Below, in pieces: positions 1 through 10,678 of a stretch of 64,000 nucleotides of DNA (position 1 is the first letter of the stretch; each line of letters opens with the position of its first letter). The stretch is from Alphaproteobacteria bacterium (GTDB taxonomy: Bacteria; Pseudomonadota; Alphaproteobacteria; Bin95), in the NCBI GenBank assembly GCA_964291285.2, contig OZ219786.1:256001-320000 (forward strand), in the 5' to 3' direction. Position numbers and translations under genes: made by a program. Below the pieces are notes generated by a model. It was given only the letters and a program-made list of their open reading frames with translations. It was not told where the DNA came from and made no database searches.

Positions 1-1047
1 GTGGTTCGGCTACGGGCTGCACCTGATCGCCGACACGGACCACGAGGTTCCTGTGGCCTTCGAGGTGACGCGGGCGTCGGCATCGGAACCCGGGGTGCTG
101 TCCGGGATGCTGGAGGAGTTGTTCGCCGAGGCGCCGGAGATGGCCGGGCGCTGCGCCGATTTCAGCGCCGACCGCGGTCTCGACAACGCCCGCCTGAAGG
201 CGCGGTTGTGGGACAGGTGGCATATCCGCCCGCTGATCGACACGCGCCTGATGTGGCGGGTCGAGAAGAAGGAGCCGGGCCATGACCCGGCCCGGCCGAT
301 CACGCGACCGCTGTTCCCCGGGCGCGCCGACGTCATCGTTCATGACGAACGCGGCCGGGTGTCCTGCGTGTGCCCGCAGACCGGCGAGGTCCGCGCCATG
401 GCCTTCCAGGGGTTCGAGGTCGGGCGCGGCGTCTGCGGCACGCTCAAATACCGCTGCCCCGCAGCCGCCTTCGGCTTCGAGTGCAAGGGACGCCGGGCCT
501 GCCATCGGGCGGGTGGGGTGAAGTCCGGCGAATACGGCCGCATCCTGCGCGTCGACCTCGACAGCCATGACCGGCGTATCTTCACGCCCACGCCCTGGGG
601 CAGCCCGTCATGGCGGCGCGGATACAACCGGCGCACCGCCATGGAGCGGATCAACGCCCGCCTCGACCGCAGCTTCAACTTCGAGACCCATTACATCCGC
701 GGACGCGCGAAGATGAAGACCCGCATCGGGCTGGCCCTGGCGGTCATGATGGCCATGGCGCTTGCACAGGCCCGCGCCGGACGCGTCGCACGCATGCGCT
801 CCCTGGTCGGCCCGGCGCCATACCTCGATACCGGCTGACCCCTCAGCCGACTGCCGACAACGCTGACCCAACCCGCCGGACCCCGGCATACGGACAAACG
901 CGACCGAAGGCCGGCGATGCTGCCGGGCTGGGCCGCTCAAGTTCGAAAAGCAACCGCGGCGACCGCCTCGAACGCCGGAACAAACAACATCAACACCCGG
1001 ACCCAACGTCCCATCCGACCGGAAAAACCCCACAGCGCAAATTTCTC
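1..1047 (+). mobile_element. Insertion sequence (right part) inserted into the 3' end of virD4
   Basis: Transposase plus ~200 bp non-coding tail. VirD4-like sequence stops abruptly at GLVKER (~1047) next to ccccacagcgcaaatttctc, the putative terminal sequence. The left end is not in the window. Confidence 0.65.
2..838 (+). CDS. DDE transposase (IS1182/IS5-like), 5' part outside the window
   Basis: Frame open from base 2: WFGYGLHLIAD..., ADRGLD, Cys-rich insertion, YNRRTAMERINARL. These are typical DDE transposase motifs. Confidence 0.85.
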   Translation, partial: WFGYGLHLIADTDHEVPVAFEVTRASASEPGVLSGMLEELFAEAPEMAGRCADFSADRGLDNARLKARLWDRWHIRPLIDTRLMWRVEKKEPGHDPARPITRPLFPGRADVIVHDERGRVSCVCPQTGEVRAMAFQGFEVGRGVCGTLKYRCPAAAFGFECKGRRACHRAGGVKSGEYGRILRVDLDSHDRRIFTPTPWGSPSWRRGYNRRTAMERINARLDRSFNFETHYIRGRAKMKTRIGLALAVMMAMALAQARAGRVARMRSLVGPAPYLDTG

Positions 1048-2785
1048 TCTCCTTGACCAGGCCGCGGCTTTCGCCGACGGTGACCTTGTTGGCCGAGAAC
1101 AGGACGGAGCGGCCCATCGGCGTCCCGGAGGATGTCTGGGTATGGCCCTCGAAGGTGCCGTGTCCGATGGCCTTGGACATCTCCTCCGCGCCGGCCGCAT
1201 CCGCGCGCGACCAGCCGAGGATCTGCACGACTTCGGAGAGATCGATCAGTTCCTGCCGGCGCTGCTTGCCCCAGCTGCCGTCGATCCCGGAGAGGGCCTG
1301 CGCGAAGGCCCAGAAGTGGACGCCGCGGCCCGCGCCGAGCCGCCATGCGTCCATGACGGGTTCGAGATATCCGATGGCCGGCATCTCGTCCATGACGATC
1401 AGCAGGTCCTTCTTCAGGGACCGCCGGGCCGCGACGGCGAACGGGATCGTGATCCACAACCTCAGCCACGGACGAGCCGCCTTCAGAACTTCTTCCGGCA
1501 CCACCACGAACAGGTCCATGTTCCCGTCCGCCAGCTCGTGCGGATCGAAACTGCTCGTCGCGGTCTGCGCCTGGATCTCCGGGTGCGCCAGGAACTGGAG
1601 CTGGTTGGCGATCGTCGTGTAGTTGGACCCCGACTCCTGCGAGCTCGTCGCCAGTTCGGACTCGATGGCGCGGTGCGCAAGGCCACCGGCAAAGGGCTCG
1701 CTGTCCAGAATTTGCGTGCCCAGGACCTTGCGGTTGTCCGGACCCATCGACAGGTTCTCGAACACATGCGCCAGGTTCCTGTTCTCGTCCCTGGCCCGAT
1801 ACGCCGCCCAGGCGATATGTCCGGAGACCAGCCGCCTAGCACTTTCATGGAAATGACGGCTGTTGCTGGCGTCGCTTGTCGGAGGCGTCAACAGCGCCTG
1901 GACAAGCGTGTCGATGTCCTGGACCGCCTTCTCCTCGCCTCTCAGGAAATCCAGCGGGTTGTAGGTGTGCCTCTTGACCTCCCGGGGCAGATGGCAGTGC
2001 GGATGCTGTTCGCGATGGCGGTCGGTCACGCCATAGGGGTCGAGCAACACGACCTTCCGCCCGAGCTCCCGCCGCCGGCGCGCAACAATGCAATAGAGCT
2101 CGCCCCGCGGATCGATCGACACGGTCGATCCTTGCCACCCCCGTTCCCCCGGCGCGAGCATGTTGGCGGCGATCAGCGCGCCCTTGCCGGTTCGGGGCGG
2201 CGCGATGGTGACGGCATGGCCCTCGAGCGGCCAGACGGCGAGCGGGCCGTTGTTGCCGGATGCGGTCTGTCCGAGGAGTATACCTTCCCTTCGGCGGGCC
2301 AGGTTCCTGAGGTGACGCCGTCCCATGAGCTTCGAGGCGCCGTGGAGTTCCGATTTCGAGCGCCGGCGTTTCGAGAGGCGGCCCGCCCCGGTCAGCCCGG
2401 TCAGCATGGCCGTGAGCCACAACAGGGCGAATACGGGCGCCGCGGGAATCGGCGCCACGAGGCGGAACTTGTCCACCGCCGTCCCTTCGTCGACCAGTGC
2501 CGTGAACCCGGCCAGGTCGCGGGCCAGGATGAACGCCATGTGATCGAGCAGGAGGGTCATGCCCGCCACCGCCGCGGTCGGTCCCCAGACGCCGATCTTC
2601 CAGCCGAGCCCGCCGCGCTTCAGGTCCGTGAACATGAGCACCGCGAAGGAGGCGGCGACCATGCCGGCGAGCACCCAGCCCCGGATCTCCGGATCGGGCC
2701 GTTCGGTCCAGAGCCAGTATACGGCCGCCCAACCCGGAATCCCGGTTCCGAGCGCCAGCCCCAGATGGGTCATGAATCCGTGCAT
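1047..2785 (-). pseudogene. virD4: Type IV coupling protein, VirD4/TraG family, C-terminally interrupted by an IS (ORF reads through to 608)
   Basis: N-terminal TM helices, ELHGAS, Walker A APPRTGKG, IDPRGE, YNPLDFL, Walker B IVMDEM, FWAFAQAL. Sequence after GLVKER is antisense IS sequence. Confidence 0.85.
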
Positions 2786-2809
2786 TGCCTTCGTCCTTTC
2801 GTCAGGGGC

Positions 2810-3070
2810 TCACGCGTCTTGCGGGCCGTCTCCGGGCTCCCGGCGTCTCGTGCCGCGCTGCATTTGCCGGAATGCGCGCCTCGCCAGGGCGGCGCCGGTC
2901 CCGATGCTCCCGATGCCGGAGGGCCATGCCGCCATGCCGCAGGCCAGCGCCATCCGGATGCGCTCGCAGGGATCGTCCGGCGCCGGCCCCATGCAGTCGA
3001 CCGGCCGGAACTCGACGAGGCCGGTGTCGCTCCGCCCCGACGGAGGCAGCCGGTCGGATCGTTCGCTCAT
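2810..3070 (-). CDS. Small hypothetical protein
   Basis: ATG overlaps the upstream stop (ATGA). Fills the gap before virD4. Confidence 0.45.
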   Translation of the reverse strand: MSERSDRLPPSGRSDTGLVEFRPVDCMGPAPDDPCERIRMALACGMAAWPSGIGSIGTGAALARRAFRQMQRGTRRREPGDGPQDA

Positions 3071-3258
3071 CGGGCCTCTCCCGTGAATTTCCCTCTCCGC
3101 CAGCGGTTGCGGGCGGCGCGCGCCCGCGTGAGGGCAAGATGGCGCGGGCACATCGAACAGCCGCGCACGGCCGGTTCCGCGCATCCGGTGCATTGGCTCC
3201 GGCGTCTCCGGCGCCAGTACCGGCCCCGTTCCTGCCCGGCGGTGCGCCTGTCGGGCAT
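3067..3258 (-). CDS. Small basic protein with putative Zn-binding CxxC-x7-CxxC-x2-H motif
   Basis: CTGCAEPAVRGCSMCPRH; GGGAAGGGAG upstream; coupled to the next ORF. Confidence 0.5.
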   Translation of the reverse strand: MPDRRTAGQERGRYWRRRRRSQCTGCAEPAVRGCSMCPRHLALTRARAARNRWRRGKFTGEAR

Positions 3259-3277
3259 GGCGGCGGCGCTCCCTTCC

Positions 3278-5551
3278 CTACGGTCCGTCGTCCGCGGGCG
3301 CGCCGCGCCCGCCCGGCAGGCCGGGGCCTCGCCTTCCCTGGCCGACGCGCATCGGCCCGATCCGCCCGAACGCGCCGGCGATCCCGCCGCCGATCCGGTC
3401 GGCGTCGCCGTCGCGCCCGTCGCGCCCGCCGATCCAGTCCATGGCGATCGCGGGCAGATGGTCGATCAGCTTGAAGCAGCCGTTCATGAGGCCGTAGACG
3501 GTCATCAGGTAGATGGCGAGCATGGCGAGCCAGCCGAGCACGCCGATCCCGTCCGAGGCGCCGGCGTCGAAGACGAGGCCCCGGAAGATGTCGTTGAAGG
3601 TGTCCATGATCGTGACGAACAGGAGGTAGCCGGTGACGAGGCCGAACAGCATCAGCACCGGGCGCAGCAGCAGGCCGGGCAGGAAGAGCCATCCCTGGCG
3701 CGTCGCCGGGGTGACGAGGCCCTCGCCGCGGACCGTGTGCCCGGCGAGCCAGACCGGCATGGCGAAGACGGCCGCGACGACAGCGGTCAGCCAGGCCAGC
3801 AGGCCGAACAGGAAGCGCAGGAACGGCAGCACGGGAACCAGGTAGGCGAGCACCAGGCCGGCGAGGATCATGAGGCCCAGGATGGTGGACACGAAGCTGT
3901 CCATGACCTGCCAGGCGGCCTCGAACGCATCCAGCCCGCCGCCGATGAGCGGTATCGAGTTCAGCAGGTTCGAGCCGGTGGCGACGCCGCCGAGCACCAG
4001 GATCGAGCCGATCCCCTTGGCGACCAGGCTGTGGCCGAGCGAGACGAGGTCGAGGACCGGGTTGCCGCTGTCGACCAGTTGTATGTCCTCGATGTCGAGC
4101 CAGTCGAACCAGCCGCGCCCGATCCCGCCGCCGCCGCCGGGCCCGGGCGCGGGATCGGCGCCGGCGCCGAGCACGGCGGGATATTCGCGCGAGGCGGCGA
4201 GCTGCCCGGCCGCGGCCGCGACGGCCGCGCGCGCCTGGGGGACCCATTCCCCGAGGCGCGCGGACGGTCCGGCAACCCCCGGAATGCTCCCGGCGCCCAG
4301 CTGGTATTCGCCGACATGGCGGGTGATGGTCATGAACAGCGAGGCGGCGAGGGTCCAGGGGGTGTTCCTCGCCTCGTCCGCGAGCGCCGCCCTGAGCGCG
4401 GTCGTGGCCTCGTCCCGGGTCGCATCGGCCGCGGCGCCGACGGTCGCCAGCCATGTCCCGAGCGGATCGGCCGCGACCAGCATCGCCTCGATATCCGGCA
4501 GCGGGCCGTCCCTGCGGGCGGTTCCGGGCGGGGCCGCGAACCAGAGCGCCACTTCGTCCGCAATCCCGGCCAGCGCCGGGCGGACGGCGTCGAAGGCATC
4601 GCCCTGCGCCGCGGCCATCCTGCCCCCGGGGGTGGCGCCGCCGTCGAGGCCGGCGATCCGCACGCTGCCGCACATGCCCTTCGGCATGCCGCCGGCATTG
4701 CCGTCATAGCCGATGGTGCGGACCCCCCGGCCCCTGTAGGCCCGCCGCCTCTGTTGCAGCGCGGTGTGCCTCTGCGTCTCCCTCACCGCGACATAGGCCG
4801 CATCGCCTGCTTCCCGGGCCGCCAGGTTCGCGGTGCGCGCGCAGAGTTCCGCCAGGAAGACGCCGGCGATGGCGGCCCGGAGCGGGCGCCGGTGCGGCGC
4901 CGGCGCCACCATGTTGCCGTCGCCGAGCACGTCCTCGGAGAACCCGGCCCAGACGAGCTGCGCGATGTCGCCGCCGGTGCGCGCGAGCGAGAGCGCCAGG
5001 TGCTGGCCTCCCGACAGGCCTCCGGGGAGCGGCACCATGAGCAGGAACGCGGCGGCGATCCGGAGCGTCTCCTTTCCCGTGAACCCCCAGCGTCCCCGGC
5101 TGGCGGTGTCGACGGTCCCGGCGGCGGTCCACCAGACGAGCAGCACGCCGGCGAGCACCAGGAAGGCGCCGTTGTAGACCGTCAGCATCCCGGAGAGCGC
5201 GGTGTTGTTGCCGGTATCGAGATCGGCGAGGAAGGCGAGCAGCGCGCGGCCTGCCCGGTCCGGCTCGCCCGAGAGGTCCGGAACCGGCGCCGTCTGCGCC
5301 GCCGCCGGCGCGGTCCCGGCCGCCATCTCGATCGCCCCCAGGACGATCCATGCCAGTCCCGCCAGCGCCATGCCGGCGCCGAGCCAGCCGGGCAGCCCGC
5401 GGGGGCGTTGCAGTCTTCCCCTGCCCGGAGGCCGCTCCAGGGCGCCGGACGCGGCGCGCAGCACACGGGCGCCGTCGCCGAGAGCGCGGGCCGCCGGACC
5501 CGCCAGGTCCGGCAGCAGGATATAGCGCAGGAGGGAGGGACGGCGCGCCAT
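3278..5551 (-). CDS. dotA: DotA/TraY family inner-membrane T4BSS protein
   Basis: YNGAFLVLAG...TVDTASRG, large periplasmic region, LAYLVPVLPF, PVWLAGH, LLRPVLMLFGL, multiple TMs. Confidence 0.85.
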   Translation of the reverse strand: MARRPSLLRYILLPDLAGPAARALGDGARVLRAASGALERPPGRGRLQRPRGLPGWLGAGMALAGLAWIVLGAIEMAAGTAPAAAQTAPVPDLSGEPDRAGRALLAFLADLDTGNNTALSGMLTVYNGAFLVLAGVLLVWWTAAGTVDTASRGRWGFTGKETLRIAAAFLLMVPLPGGLSGGQHLALSLARTGGDIAQLVWAGFSEDVLGDGNMVAPAPHRRPLRAAIAGVFLAELCARTANLAAREAGDAAYVAVRETQRHTALQQRRRAYRGRGVRTIGYDGNAGGMPKGMCGSVRIAGLDGGATPGGRMAAAQGDAFDAVRPALAGIADEVALWFAAPPGTARRDGPLPDIEAMLVAADPLGTWLATVGAAADATRDEATTALRAALADEARNTPWTLAASLFMTITRHVGEYQLGAGSIPGVAGPSARLGEWVPQARAAVAAAAGQLAASREYPAVLGAGADPAPGPGGGGGIGRGWFDWLDIEDIQLVDSGNPVLDLVSLGHSLVAKGIGSILVLGGVATGSNLLNSIPLIGGGLDAFEAAWQVMDSFVSTILGLMILAGLVLAYLVPVLPFLRFLFGLLAWLTAVVAAVFAMPVWLAGHTVRGEGLVTPATRQGWLFLPGLLLRPVLMLFGLVTGYLLFVTIMDTFNDIFRGLVFDAGASDGIGVLGWLAMLAIYLMTVYGLMNGCFKLIDHLPAIAMDWIGGRDGRDGDADRIGGGIAGAFGRIGPMRVGQGRRGPGLPGGRGAPADDGP

Positions 5552-5557
5552 GGCCGG

Positions 5558-6700
5558 TCAGTTCGCGCCCGCCCGCCCGGCGAGCGCGCGGTCGCGGTCG
5601 ATGCGCGCCGCGAGCGCGGCCGCCTCCAGCGCCAGGCGGCGCTGCTCGATGCGGAAGCGCTCCCGGTCGAGCAGCAGCGAGGCGGCGAGCAGGGAGGCGG
5701 TCTCGCGCAGCAGCGCTTCCCCGCCCATCGACTGGAGTTCGGCCCACCAGGCGGTGCGCTCGAACCGCTTCGCCGCCATGAGGTCGATGAGCTCCAGGCG
5801 GCTGACGGCGGCGTCCGGATTGCGCCCCGGGTCGATGGCGGCCGCCCAGCGCCCGAGTTCCGGGCCGGGCGCGCGCAGGGCGCGCAGATGGCCGAGCGCC
5901 TCCGCTGCCAGGGCCCGCCTTGCGGCCGCCGCGCGCGACGCCATGACCCTGCCGCGCTCGCTTGCCGAGTCGACCGCGCCGAGCGGTTCCGGGTCCTCGA
6001 CCGCCGGCACCGTCAGGTTGCGGGAGAGGTCGATCGCCGCCTGGAGCTCCGTCTCCGAAGCGAAGGTCCCGACCGCGAACAGGCTGTCGGGGCGAAGGTC
6101 CGCGCCGTGGTCCTCGGGGGCGCCGGAGCAGGCCGCGCTCTGCAGCGGCGCGCGGTCCGGACTGCACCAGCGCTCCAGGACGCGGCGGTAGCGCTCGGCG
6201 CTGTCGGTCGCCGCCGCCGGCGCCGAGCCGGTGGCGCGGTCGCCCGCGATCCGGCCGGTCTCGGAGACGGCCGCCGCGCGCCCGGCGACCGTGCTGGCGA
6301 TCCGGGCCTGCGCCAGGCCGCGCGCGCCGGTGGCGACGGCGCAGGCGGACCGCGACGGACGCCGGGCGACCTGCGCGCGCACCTCGGCCGCATCGCGCTC
6401 CGTCTGCGCGCGTATGGCAGCGTGGCTGTCGAGCGCCGTCGTGACGGCCTTCGCGCTCTGCGCCGCATATCCTGTCTGCTGGCCGGTCTGCTTCACCAGG
6501 GCGTCGTGGATCGTCCGCTCCATGGTCTCGATGCGGGCGTTCACGCTGGAGATGACGCGGCTTGCCTCGCTGACCGTCTTCGGAACCGGGGTGCAGCCCT
6601 TCCCGCCGCCGCCGAACAGCGCCGCCGCCGGAGCGGGCGCGAGCAGGTGAGCGGCAAGAACGGCGGCCCCGAACGCCGCAACCGGGAGCGCCCGCCTCAT
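5558..6700 (-). CDS. Secreted helical T4BSS-associated protein (TraW/IcmX-like by position)
   Basis: Signal peptide, paired Cys, located between icmB and dotA. Family assignment rests on synteny only. Confidence 0.55.
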   Translation of the reverse strand: MRRALPVAAFGAAVLAAHLLAPAPAAALFGGGGKGCTPVPKTVSEASRVISSVNARIETMERTIHDALVKQTGQQTGYAAQSAKAVTTALDSHAAIRAQTERDAAEVRAQVARRPSRSACAVATGARGLAQARIASTVAGRAAAVSETGRIAGDRATGSAPAAATDSAERYRRVLERWCSPDRAPLQSAACSGAPEDHGADLRPDSLFAVGTFASETELQAAIDLSRNLTVPAVEDPEPLGAVDSASERGRVMASRAAAARRALAAEALGHLRALRAPGPELGRWAAAIDPGRNPDAAVSRLELIDLMAAKRFERTAWWAELQSMGGEALLRETASLLAASLLLDRERFRIEQRRLALEAAALAARIDRDRALAGRAGAN

Positions 6701-7221
6701 TGCGGCGCTCCGCCGAACAGCCGTCTGAAGCGCTCGCGCCCGATGCCCGCATCGCCGAGCGCATTGCCGTGGATCGATCCGGTCCCGGCGCCCGGCACGT
6801 CCTGCACGGGACCGGCGAACACGGCGGCATCCAGGCTCCGCCCCACATGCCGGCCGTAGACATCCGACGCTTCCGAACAGACACGGTCCCGCGCCAGGTC
6901 GAGGATCCGGTCCAGCGCGTCACCGGGGCGGTAGAGGATGTCCATGCCGCGATAGTCGAACATGTCCCACACGCAGCTGGGGTCGAGGATCGAGTCCGGT
7001 TTCCGGATCCCCTGGCCGGCATGGCGGATCACGGCGAGATCGGCCTTCACCCCCGCCTCGGCCGCCTTCGCCAGCGCCTCCGCCACCTCCGGATCGCAAT
7101 CCGGGAGCTCCGTCCCTGCCGCCGCACCCGTCGTTCCCTGCCCCGATGCAGGCTCCGGAAGGACCGGCAGCGATACCGCGACCGCCGCCAGGACCGCCAG
7201 ACCGCCCCGCCATGCCTTCAT
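6697..7221 (-). CDS. Secreted Cys-containing hypothetical protein of the T4BSS cluster
   Basis: Signal peptide; ATGA overlaps at both ends. Confidence 0.6.
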   Translation of the reverse strand: MKAWRGGLAVLAAVAVSLPVLPEPASGQGTTGAAAGTELPDCDPEVAEALAKAAEAGVKADLAVIRHAGQGIRKPDSILDPSCVWDMFDYRGMDILYRPGDALDRILDLARDRVCSEASDVYGRHVGRSLDAAVFAGPVQDVPGAGTGSIHGNALGDAGIGRERFRRLFGGAPQ

Positions 7222-10200
7222 CCGTCAGCTCCCTTTCCCGCCTGCATGTCGACAAGCCTGTCCGCAATGCCGCCGAGCACTTCCCTGACCGACGCCCGCG
7301 AGCGCGCGCCGCGCTCCTCGAGCGCCGCCACCGCATCGCGCACCCGCGCCTCGGCCGATCCCGCCGGGAAGGCGCGGGCAAGCACGCGCCGCGCTTCGGC
7401 CGGTCCGAGCCGCGCCTGGACCCGCCGGCGCAGCGCCGCGTCGATCGGGCGGGTGTTCAGCGACCAGAGTTCCTGCGGTCCCGGCGCATTGACCACGAGC
7501 TGCTCGATCCGCCCCCGTTCGCCTTCGGCCATGAGCAGCGCCGGCGCCCCGCCGGCGTCCGGCCCCCGAAGCTCGAAGCGCACCGTGTCGCGCAGCGTCT
7601 TCGAGAGCCCGAACACCTCCCCGAGCTCCGTCACCTCGCTCGCCTTGCTCCCGGAGCCCAGAACCCAGAACTGCGTCCCCAGGGTCACCAGCTCCCTGTC
7701 GAAATCCCCGAGGCTCTGGCTGGACAGCGCGAGCCGCACGCCGAGCTTCCTCGCCTCCCGGACGTCCCGCTCCACCTGGGCGCGCACCGCCGGCGCGCCG
7801 CCGGTCCTGTGGTATTCGTCGTAGCAGAGCCGCTTCGGCGTTTCCCTCATCTCCCGGCAGCGCTGCGCATGCCACTCCCGGTAGCGCTCCGGCACGCCGG
7901 CCAGGTCCTCCTCGGCCAGCCACCAGTCGCGCGTCAGCGCGTGCCTCGCCAGCATGTAGAACGCGGCCGCCTGCAGGTCCGCCTCCGGACTGCCCGTCGG
8001 CGCGACCTCGCCCAGGTCGATCGCCGACAGGCGCGCGTTGCCGATGTCGAAGGAGGTCTCCGCGAACATGTTCGGCCAGGCCGCGCTCAGGCCGGTGAGG
8101 ATCCTCCGGAACGCTCCTGTCACCGTCTCTCCGCCCGGGCCGTGGCGCACATCGCGGACGAGGCCCTGCACCGCCTCCGACTGCACCGCCGTCGTCAGCA
8201 GGGAAAAGGTCGGGACCGCATGACGCTGCGCGCGCACCGCCGCCTCCACCGCGCCCGCGTCGAACAGGGCGTCCACCACGTCCCACTGCAGCGTGTCCGG
8301 CCCGGTCGCGACGCCGTGAAGATCCACCGCCGCATCCACTTCTTCGTCCTCGCCGCGCTCGTAACGCTTCGCCTCGTTCAGCGAGCCCGTGTCCGAGCGC
8401 AGCTCGTACGCCTCCCGGATCGTCGCCCCGACGAGCTCGCGCATGCCGTCCGACATCCCCGCGCTTCCCGCCGGCGTCACCATCAGCGACAGCAGGTTCA
8501 CCAGGAATGCGCGCTCCACCGGCAGCGGGAACCGGCAGCCCAGCTGGGTGTCCATCGGGTTCACGGCATGGGCGGAGTCCATCCGCCAGCGCCAGCGGCC
8601 GGCCTCGTGGCGCCGGCCCGCCGGCAGCGCATCGCGGACCAGATCGACCAGCCCGGCCGCCGACGGCCCTATGTCCACCACCGCCTGCAGCGGCATGCGG
8701 GACTGGCCCCCCTGCAACGCGAACGCCAGCCCGAGCGTGTTCAGCAGCACGCTCTTGCCCCTGCCGGGAATGCCGAAGATCAGGTCGAACCCGTGCTCCG
8801 CGCCCTCGAACCCGAAGGGAAGCGCCTTGCCGTCGCGCGACACGAACATGTGCGAGACGGCGCCGCTGCCGCCGCTGCGCACGAGCGGCGCAGGCCGCGA
8901 CACCGGCAGCATCGCCAGCGCCTCCCCGAGCGGCGCCAGGCCGGCCGCGGCCGTCGATCCGCACGCGAATCCCGGAACCGACGCCGCCAGCGCCTCCAGC
9001 GGGTCGCCGGTGACCGGCGTCACGCCGATCTCTCCCCAGCCTTCGACGAGCTGCTGCAGGCGGCTCACCCGCCGCGCCAGCTCCTCCCGCCGGCTGTCCG
9101 GGAGACCCGCGCCCTCCACCCAGGTCAGGAACTGCACCCGCAGCCTGACCACCGCCCGGCCCGCCGCCGCATGCGCCGCCAGCCCCTCCGCGGCGTTCCG
9201 CACCGCCAGGCTGTCCGACGACGAAAAGGCCAGGAACGGGGCCGCCGCATGGCGCATCATCGCGCCCGCGCGCCGCATCCCCCCGCCTTCCAGCAGGAAG
9301 GCCACCCGGACCGGCAGGTTCCCGGCCGCCGCGAGCCGCTCCATCAGTTCCGAAAACGGCCTCGCCCGCCGCGGGCCGAGCTCCATGTCGAGCGGCGCCC
9401 AGATCCGCGATCCCAGCAGCACCGCGCTGCGGCCGAGGACCTCCGGCTCCCGCACCACGACCTGGGGCGCGAGCGGCGGCGGCCAGGCGCCGAGCTCCAC
9501 CGGCTCCGGATCGCGCGCCGGCGCCTCTCCGGCCGCCGTTGCGGGCTGCCATCCCTCGCCGACGCTCTCCGGCCCGGCCAGCCACCACCTGAGCGCCCTG
9601 ACCGCGTCGCCGGCATCCAGAACCCGCGACACGACGCCCGTCTCGTCCAGCACAGCCTGCACGGACTCGACAAACGCCAGGTGGCGCGCGCCCAGCACGC
9701 CCTCGGCCGCAAACGGACACTGCGATTCCTCATCGCCCGGCGCCCAGTCCTTCTTCCGCTCCCTGACCGCGCGCTTCTCCCTGCGCTCCCGGTCGCGCGC
9801 CAGAACCGCCGGACCGCTCCAGCAGGCAATCGTCAGGCGTTCCCCCGACAGTCGCGGCGACAGCCGCTCCACCCGCTCCGCGATCGTCGCCTCCAGGTCG
9901 ATCCCGAGACGCTCGCAGCTTCTCCGCTGCCGGTCGCCCGCGCGCTCGAGCAGCCGCCGCCCCTCCTCCGGCGCGCGCTCGAACACGACGTGCAGCGCAT
10001 GGCCCTTGCCGAGGAACGCCGTGTTCAGACGGCGCTCCACCGTCTCCACGAAGAGACCGAGCTCATCCTCGCCCATCATGCTGCGCGAGCCGTGGACATC
10101 GATGCAGGACGCCAGCGAGTTGTCGCTCCCGACCAGCACCCCGACCCCGTCCTGCCCGGCCGCCGCGCGGACCAGCATGAAGCTCTCCAGAGGCTTGCGC

Positions 10201-10262
10201 CGCTCCCGCCACCACCAGCGCAGCAGGTCTTCCAGGGCGTCTGCGGGACGGCGCCCGGCCAC
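7218..10262 (-). CDS. icmB: IcmB/DotO/TraU (VirB4-like) ATPase
   Basis: 1014 aa; Walker A GIPGRGKS; VNPMDTQLGCRFPLPVERAFLVNLL; Walker B LCYDEYHRT; VREARK. Confidence 0.92.
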   Translation of the reverse strand: MAGRRPADALEDLLRWWWRERRKPLESFMLVRAAAGQDGVGVLVGSDNSLASCIDVHGSRSMMGEDELGLFVETVERRLNTAFLGKGHALHVVFERAPEEGRRLLERAGDRQRRSCERLGIDLEATIAERVERLSPRLSGERLTIACWSGPAVLARDRERREKRAVRERKKDWAPGDEESQCPFAAEGVLGARHLAFVESVQAVLDETGVVSRVLDAGDAVRALRWWLAGPESVGEGWQPATAAGEAPARDPEPVELGAWPPPLAPQVVVREPEVLGRSAVLLGSRIWAPLDMELGPRRARPFSELMERLAAAGNLPVRVAFLLEGGGMRRAGAMMRHAAAPFLAFSSSDSLAVRNAAEGLAAHAAAGRAVVRLRVQFLTWVEGAGLPDSRREELARRVSRLQQLVEGWGEIGVTPVTGDPLEALAASVPGFACGSTAAAGLAPLGEALAMLPVSRPAPLVRSGGSGAVSHMFVSRDGKALPFGFEGAEHGFDLIFGIPGRGKSVLLNTLGLAFALQGGQSRMPLQAVVDIGPSAAGLVDLVRDALPAGRRHEAGRWRWRMDSAHAVNPMDTQLGCRFPLPVERAFLVNLLSLMVTPAGSAGMSDGMRELVGATIREAYELRSDTGSLNEAKRYERGEDEEVDAAVDLHGVATGPDTLQWDVVDALFDAGAVEAAVRAQRHAVPTFSLLTTAVQSEAVQGLVRDVRHGPGGETVTGAFRRILTGLSAAWPNMFAETSFDIGNARLSAIDLGEVAPTGSPEADLQAAAFYMLARHALTRDWWLAEEDLAGVPERYREWHAQRCREMRETPKRLCYDEYHRTGGAPAVRAQVERDVREARKLGVRLALSSQSLGDFDRELVTLGTQFWVLGSGSKASEVTELGEVFGLSKTLRDTVRFELRGPDAGGAPALLMAEGERGRIEQLVVNAPGPQELWSLNTRPIDAALRRRVQARLGPAEARRVLARAFPAGSAEARVRDAVAALEERGARSRASVREVLGGIADRLVDMQAGKGADG

Positions 10263-10265
10263 GAT

Positions 10266-10643
10266 CTAGAACCTCGGCCTTTGAAGCGTCTGGTCCTGGT
10301 CGAGCTGGAAGCTCTCCACGGCCCGCTCCAGAAGCGTCGGACCCGCCGCCAGCGCGATCGCGACGATGAACACCACGACCGGGACCGTCAGCCCGCCGCG
10401 CTGCGGATTGTCGACATGGCCCTTCACCTTGAGCGCCGCATAGCCGAAGCAGAAGGCCGCCAGCAGGTAGAAGACCCAGGCCAGCAGGGTCATCAGCAGC
10501 CCCAGCTCCGTTTCGGCTGCCCTGCCCAGGTCGCTCAGCTTCTTCGCCTCCGCCGGCAACACGCCCGCCAGCAGCCCCGCCGCCGCGAACGCGGCAGCAG
10601 CAGGCCGCCGCCAGGCGTTTCTTCCTTTCCGGGCCGTCTTCAT
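10266..10643 (-). CDS. icmD: IcmD/DotP-like small membrane protein
   Basis: Signal peptide plus two TMs flanking LKVKGHVDNPQ; lies upstream of icmB. Confidence 0.65.
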   Translation of the reverse strand: MKTARKGRNAWRRPAAAAFAAAGLLAGVLPAEAKKLSDLGRAAETELGLLMTLLAWVFYLLAAFCFGYAALKVKGHVDNPQRGGLTVPVVVFIVAIALAAGPTLLERAVESFQLDQDQTLQRPRF

Positions 10644-10678
10644 CGGCCGTCTCCTTCCCTTTCGCGGAACCTCATGCG

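Noticed and set aside
917-6859. 1980-aa plus-strand ORF, and other very long ORFs such as 7146-11192 and 19522-22287
   Set aside because: Antisense shadows of real minus-strand genes in very high-GC DNA; Arg/Pro/Ala-rich with no motifs.
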